Source: Laetmonice hystrix (Eukaryota). From it: a DNA stretch of 64,000 bases. The notes under the pieces were generated by a model. It was not told the DNA's origin. It ran no database searches and was given only the letters and a program-made list of their open reading frames with translations. The stretch spans positions 15,564,001 through 15,628,000 of the forward strand of contig OZ249436.1 in NCBI GenBank assembly GCA_965235115.1, read 5' to 3'. Numbering within the stretch: position 1 is the first letter of the stretch; the number at the start of each line of letters is the position of its first letter. The position numbers were made by a program, and so were the translations under genes. Of this stretch, positions 58,510 to 64,000 are shown one piece after another.

Positions 58510-60256
58510 TGCTCACATCTGAGCGATAACATATATTTTTCTTACGCGCGACGTCACGGTCATTCCCTGACTGGAGCCGTACAAATCAGAGTTCTAGTTA
58601 GAAGCTCAAAGTTAGAGCTACCATCACCTTTTATAAATTGATCGGTCGATTCGCTTGAATTTAGTTCTGAGTGATTTATTGTAACAACACTCAGTTTATG
58701 ACCTGATCGGCTCTAATGTCTACGGTAAGATGGGGGCGGCTCAGTTGGGAAGCGGAAAGAGACTGACTTTTGGGGATTCTAGTTGAAACGAAGCCACTTG
58801 CTACGTAGGTAATACCATCTATAGGCGACCGCAAATGAGTTCGAGAATGTGATAAATACAAAATAAAACCAATCCACGATATTGTGGATACTGTTCATAT
58901 TATAATTAGGTCATGAATGAAGGTACAGAAGCAAAAGAAACATAACGTATGAAGAGAAACAGTAAAGTCTCTTTCATAGAAGGCACGTATGGGGGGGGGG
59001 GGGGTTCACTCCTTTCCGGATTTGTTTGTTAAACTATGGCCCTACTTACATCGCTATGTTCGAGCAAAAGCGATATAGGGGCCTACCTGAGGTTTTACGC
59101 CTCAGCAACAACCAGGCTCATTTCAAGACGGCCATAGAAAACAGGAGTAGGCCTATCGGACAAAATCACCGACTTTGCAGGAGTCCTACAAACCATATAA
59201 CATCCAGCACGCAGGAAACTTTGAACTGCCCAGTTCAGTAAGTAGTGTGAAATTAGCTACTGGTTACTCGTTACAGATTCGATTTTCGATTTTCTGGGAC
59301 CTCGTGCGGTAAATGTAGGTCTCACTGAAGACCGCATCGCTCGAGACTTCCGAGAGATTGGGGCTATAGTGGACGGCTGGACAACACAGTAGGGGCGATC
59401 AGGCCTATCACACCCAACTGCGCTGGTCCCCCAATTTCATTTGGGGTCCAAACGGGGCGGTTCATGTTCCGTTAGCCACCTTGTGGGGTAGCCTAATACT
59501 AATAGGTCTCACTGAAGGCCGCCCTACAGTGCAGTGGGATGGACATGCTTTCTTCTGTCATGTGACTGATAGCTTCCAGGGCCGTGCCCAGAGATTGGTG
59601 CAGGGGGGGGGGGTTATTGGTTCGGGGGGGGGGGGGGGTTACAGTGGACGGATCCAAGTAGTAGTTAGGACCTAAAAAGACTAAAAAAAGAAATCTTTGG
59701 GAGGGTTACAGACACACCCCCGGGCACGGCCCTGGCTTCATAGAAGGATGTTTAGCAGAAATACACCCATTGATAGATAGGACTTACTTCCCTGAATCCA
59801 AATTTATTTTGATGAAAGTTGGACTTGCTTCCTTTTGTCATTTCACGGCAGTATAGGCCTAGTGGACGGTTGGGCCACAACCAGGGGCATGGCTATCAGA
59901 CCCAACTGGGCTGGTTCCTTGAGAGTTTCATGTTCCGTTAGACACACTTGCTCGGGACTTCCGGCAGACCCCGGACACTTCATTTTCCGACGCACAATGC
60001 TTTCGTTTTCCTCACCGTCAGACACCATGGGGGCACGTCACGGTTTATCGAGTTCACAGGCAACACGGCAGCCTCATTTTTTACGTCGTCTTGCGGGGTA
60101 AAGTTTCTGTTACTTGTACTCTGGGCAGGGATAACACTTGCATACTCTCGCTAACCTTGGGTGATACTTGCCTACTCTCCACATCACACAACGCAGTATA
60201 GATCTACTTGTGAGCACGCATCTTACATTATGTCTGCAACACAGGCCTGGCTGCAT

Positions 60257-60538
60257 TCATAAACAACGCAACCGTTTAGGATTTGACACAATAGCTACCT
60301 TTCTTTTGCCAACACTGTAAGTAGCATTGCCATTATCATCTATAGTCTCAGAGTATTTCTTCAACCGCTGTTTATGCACCGTCGTCACGGGCAGAACCCC
60401 ATACAACACATTCACTATCACTTCACTTATTGCCACAACCTGATCAGGTGTCAACGTCTCCAAAACTGCTTTCACTTGCTTTAGAAGAGTCTAACTCAAT
60501 TTTAACAAACCCCAGTTACGCTTCACACGTTTACTCAT
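60257..60538 (-). pseudogene. Decayed small basic ORF resembling a Maverick/Polinton (adintovirus-like) protein
   Basis: MSKRVKRNWGLLKLS*TLLKQVKAVLETLTPDQVVAISEVIVNVLYGVLPVTTVHKQRLKKY; one in-frame TAG; family pattern recalled, not searched. Confidence 0.5.
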
Positions 60539-60937
60539 CACAATACCGTATTCAACTGACACAACACTAGACGTGGCCACCCTTCTAAAACACCTCCGCG
60601 TTAAGGATGTGGGAGAGCCCATAGAGAATTTATCAAATGCGACGGTTGGCTCGGTTTCAACGCCGATTTCGACCCCTGTCGCGATGTCTACTTACAATGA
60701 AATGCCCATATTAAAGGTAATGGATCACCCTACGGCTGACGAGTTTTGTCCCCAATGCGCGTATTTCAAGCTGATCTTGAATCTATCCCAATGGACTGAT
60801 AAAACATTCTGTCGTATCCATAACATTGTTGTGCTAGGTCTCTTGTTGATTATGAGCCATAATGATAATGAGGCGATACATCCCATATTTTTCATCTCAG
60901 TGGACTGAGAACCGAGAACGACCACCATGACCGCGTT

Positions 60938-61341
60938 AAGCTGTATCCTCACTGAACGCGTACGATGCGAGTGACGCGCGCGTTTTTTTAAAGAAGTAAT
61001 GTGTCCTATCCACTAAGCCGATTCCCCTTGTGACGGCCATGCGATTTTTGATTTAATGGTGGAATTTCATGCTGAAATTTTTCCTGGCTGGCCTTCCCTG
61101 TTTAAGGAAATGGATTCCATCCTTCAATCTCAAAATAACAGTAAAATAAAAGGGTGATGTCAAAATCGCATGGGCGTCGCAAGGAAAATCGGCTTAGTGG
61201 ATAGGGCCTTTAATGGAAATGAATGGAGCGCGTCACAAAAAATGTGGCGCGGCCAGTGCAGATGGCTCCATTCATTTCCATTACTTCTAAAATAAACGCG
61301 CGCGTCGCTCGCGTCGCACGCGTCCAGTGAGGATACAGCTT
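60938..61341. mobile_element. MITE with nested MITE (about 61003-61208)
   Basis: AAGCTGTATCCTCACTG ... CAGTGAGGATACAGCTT; inner CCTATCCACTAAGCCGATT ... AATCGGCTTAGTGGATAGG. Confidence 0.75.
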
Positions 61342-63146
61342 GAGCATTGTTAGGGCGCTCGTTACTAAGCAACGGGATTGGGCGCATGCGTTGCCTCGCA
61401 CTGTTCCGCCCGCCCTCCCCCCATAATCCAAATAAGGGCATGATTTGATTCGCGTGCTCTCTTCTCTAGCCAAATAGGTAAACGCTTAATTAATTAATTA
61501 AAACTATGGACGCGCCATGGTACCAGACTGCTAGAAACCCCTGAAAATAATTGTTTTATAATAATAATCAATAATAATAAAACACAAGTTTTGTTGAATT
61601 GACTGCGTTTATTTCAATTTTCGGACAGATTTCCTTTAACGTGCATAGATTTCGCTAAATCATCGTGCAAGACATCGTAGGATATTCCGAAGGTGATTTA
61701 ATACTATATTTCAATAAGTAACTCGCGTACACTTGTTTCAACTCTGTTGTCCCTTTTTTGGCGTTTCAGGTCCTCCGTCGCCATTTTGAAGCCGGCCCCA
61801 TTTGCACATGCGCAGTACAGAAAAATAACAATGGCAGACAGGATCAAATCCTTGCTTCGATTATATATAAACGGCAGTAATATATTAGAGAAGGAGCGCA
61901 TCACTTCCTAGATTATGCGCACCACTCCAACAGGTGTTAAAGGAGGTAATCATGTATTCGTAGAGATATGAATCGGTGCCGTTTCTTTATTTGAAGGGAT
62001 TTGAATATTATTCAATCCTTTTATTCACTACCTACTCCTAACTTTAGAATTTCCCAGAGGAGCATGGCCTAAGGCCATCTCTGAACTCACTGAAGTACAT
62101 AAATTTAGAACCACCCCCTTAACCAATTTCTCGATACGCCCCGGACACCCCTAACTACTCTTGACTTCCCCAACCTCCAACCACCACATGCTACACATCA
62201 GCCCCACTGACCTTACCTCACCTCATCTGACCTACATTACCTCGCCCCAACCTTGATCATTTGCCCCATGTTGACACTCTCAGGTCTGCGGTAAAACGGG
62301 CCCAACCACTACTCTAGCTTTCTAATTCTCCCCCCATTCTTTGTCTTCGTCTCCTTCTTACATTCTTACATGAGAAATAGTCTTTATTTCATCAAAATCG
62401 GTCAAGCGAATCAAAAGTTATGTCATTTTTGGCGCAGCAAGGTCAGTCCTCAAGTTGCATCGCGTGACTGACTGTATGACTTTTTTTGCACTTTCTTTCC
62501 TTCCTTTATTTTTTTTGCTTTATTTGCAATTGCGAGTATCATTTACAATATCTTTATATTATCAACATTAACATTAACATTCACTTTTAAGCGTGAAAGC
62601 TACAAAATATGTTTTAATAAGGGGACCAAGATGTGTTCTTTCAAATAAAACCTACAGAATGAAATTATTCATATATGGTCACCGAATGTTCGGACCGAAC
62701 ATTTCCTTCCAAAATGTTTTGAAAGAGATAGGGACCCTATGGAAAGTACTGAGCCATAAATTTTGGTCGACATGTGACAAATCCTTTTGCACTTTATGCC
62801 AAAATTATATGATGTTATTGTCTTAATATGAAGAATGGGGTGCTTTGTCCATTTCAGCATTGCTGTTTAGGAATGTCCGTTACCCCAGTCAATGGCCTAC
62901 TTTGCTTGGGCGTGTCACAGTACCGAATTTGGCCTCATCAATAAAAGAAAGACAAACAGGAATTGCGCCATGATCCATTGCAATTATTGGCCTTATAGCT
63001 TTATCTTTCATACAACTTGCAACTACATTTGTTTCCTATTTTTGGATACATCCTGTAGAACATTATTTCCAGGATGTTTGAACTATATGCAGTCTGCAAC
63101 TTGGATAATGGCTTGACACCCACATAATGTGAAACTGTATCCGAAG

Positions 63147-63245
63147 ATGACAGAAATGACCAAGAGAATGGGTGACATTTTTCGAATTCGAAATGCTGTG
63201 ATGCGGGAATTCCTAGCGGAGTTGCTTGGTACCTTTGTTCTTGTG
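63147..63245 (+). CDS. Aquaglyceroporin first coding exon, copy B; gene presumably continues past the right edge
   Basis: MTEMTKRMGDIFRIRNAVMREFLAELLGTFVLV followed by GTAAGT; acceptor ends at 63072. Confidence 0.8.
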
Positions 63246-63547
63246 GTAAGTAAAGCTAACTTACACGTCCTCAATTTCTCTCCCATAAATATTTCTTTAG
63301 GGAATTCATAAATCAATTTTAGAATCGCTTCCACAGCGCTACTTATTCTTATTTGAGCTTTACAAAAACCTTTTACAGCCTTTATATTTATAGAGCACAA
63401 GCGTTATTTTCCATCTGTGTTTTTAGGAAACAAGAAGATAGGAGTCCAGTTTGACTTTTTTTAGTCACAGCGAAACACTCGATATTATGTCTGCATATTT
63501 GTATTTGTCATATCTTAGCTTATCATTATTTATCATTATCTCATAAT

Positions 63548-63836
63548 TACGGAGCCCTGTTGGGGACATGAAGAGAAAAAAATGTGTGGTGATCTCGAAA
63601 TTACCACTTAGTGACGTCATTAAGTGTTAATAACGAGTTAATGACGTCACTAAGACGTTATTACGAGTTAATTGCGTTCGTTTCAGAGAAAAAAGTCGTG
63701 ATCTCGAAATTATCACTTAGTGACGTGATTAACTCGTTATTACGACTTAATGACGTCACTAAGTGGTAATTTTGAGATCACCACAAATTTTTTCTCTGAA
63801 ACGATTTTTTCTTCATGTCCCCAACAAGGCACCGTA
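63548..63836. mobile_element. Fold-back MITE with TA ends
   Basis: TACGGAGCCCTGTTGGGGACATGAAGA ... TCTTCATGTCCCCAACAAGGCACCGTA; internal palindromic subrepeats (acttagtgacgtcattaag). Confidence 0.7.
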
Positions 63837-64000
63837 CATAATACCTCGGTTTAACATGCATTTTCTTTTCGATGACTTCTATTGGCCACGTCCACCCATA
63901 TCCAGACAGAGAAAAGAAAAATAACAAGGCATGCTCGATTAGGGCGGACGATTTGAAACGGGAGGGGGGGGGTATGCTTTTTTGGGGGAAAATAATATGT

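Overview
Animal (invertebrate, probably lophotrochozoan, annelid-like; not identifiable to species) nuclear DNA with GT-AG introns and dense MITE-type repeats. Left to right: the 5' part of NBAS (minus strand, 26 coding exons reconstructed, runs off the left edge) is head-to-head with a complete 5-exon PPCDC. Next is a block of single-coding-exon genes: two UDP-glycosyltransferases, a divergent TRPV-like channel, two membrane-anchored chitin-deacetylase-like genes (one with TFDD, one with TFDG) and a P-loop ATPase with a hydrophobic N-terminus. Then come a 3-exon DIRAS/RASD-like small GTPase, a 5-exon gene that keeps only the N- and C-terminal parts of IQANK1, and two near-identical copies of an aquaglyceroporin first coding exon. 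There are three near-perfect minisatellites (70, 60 and 59 bp units). The 70-bp one multiplies an NBAS exon end plus splice donor 12 times, and the 60-bp one seems to have grown from the 3' end of a Tc1/mariner remnant. No rRNA, tRNA or CRISPR was seen. All family calls come from motifs read by eye, not from database searches.
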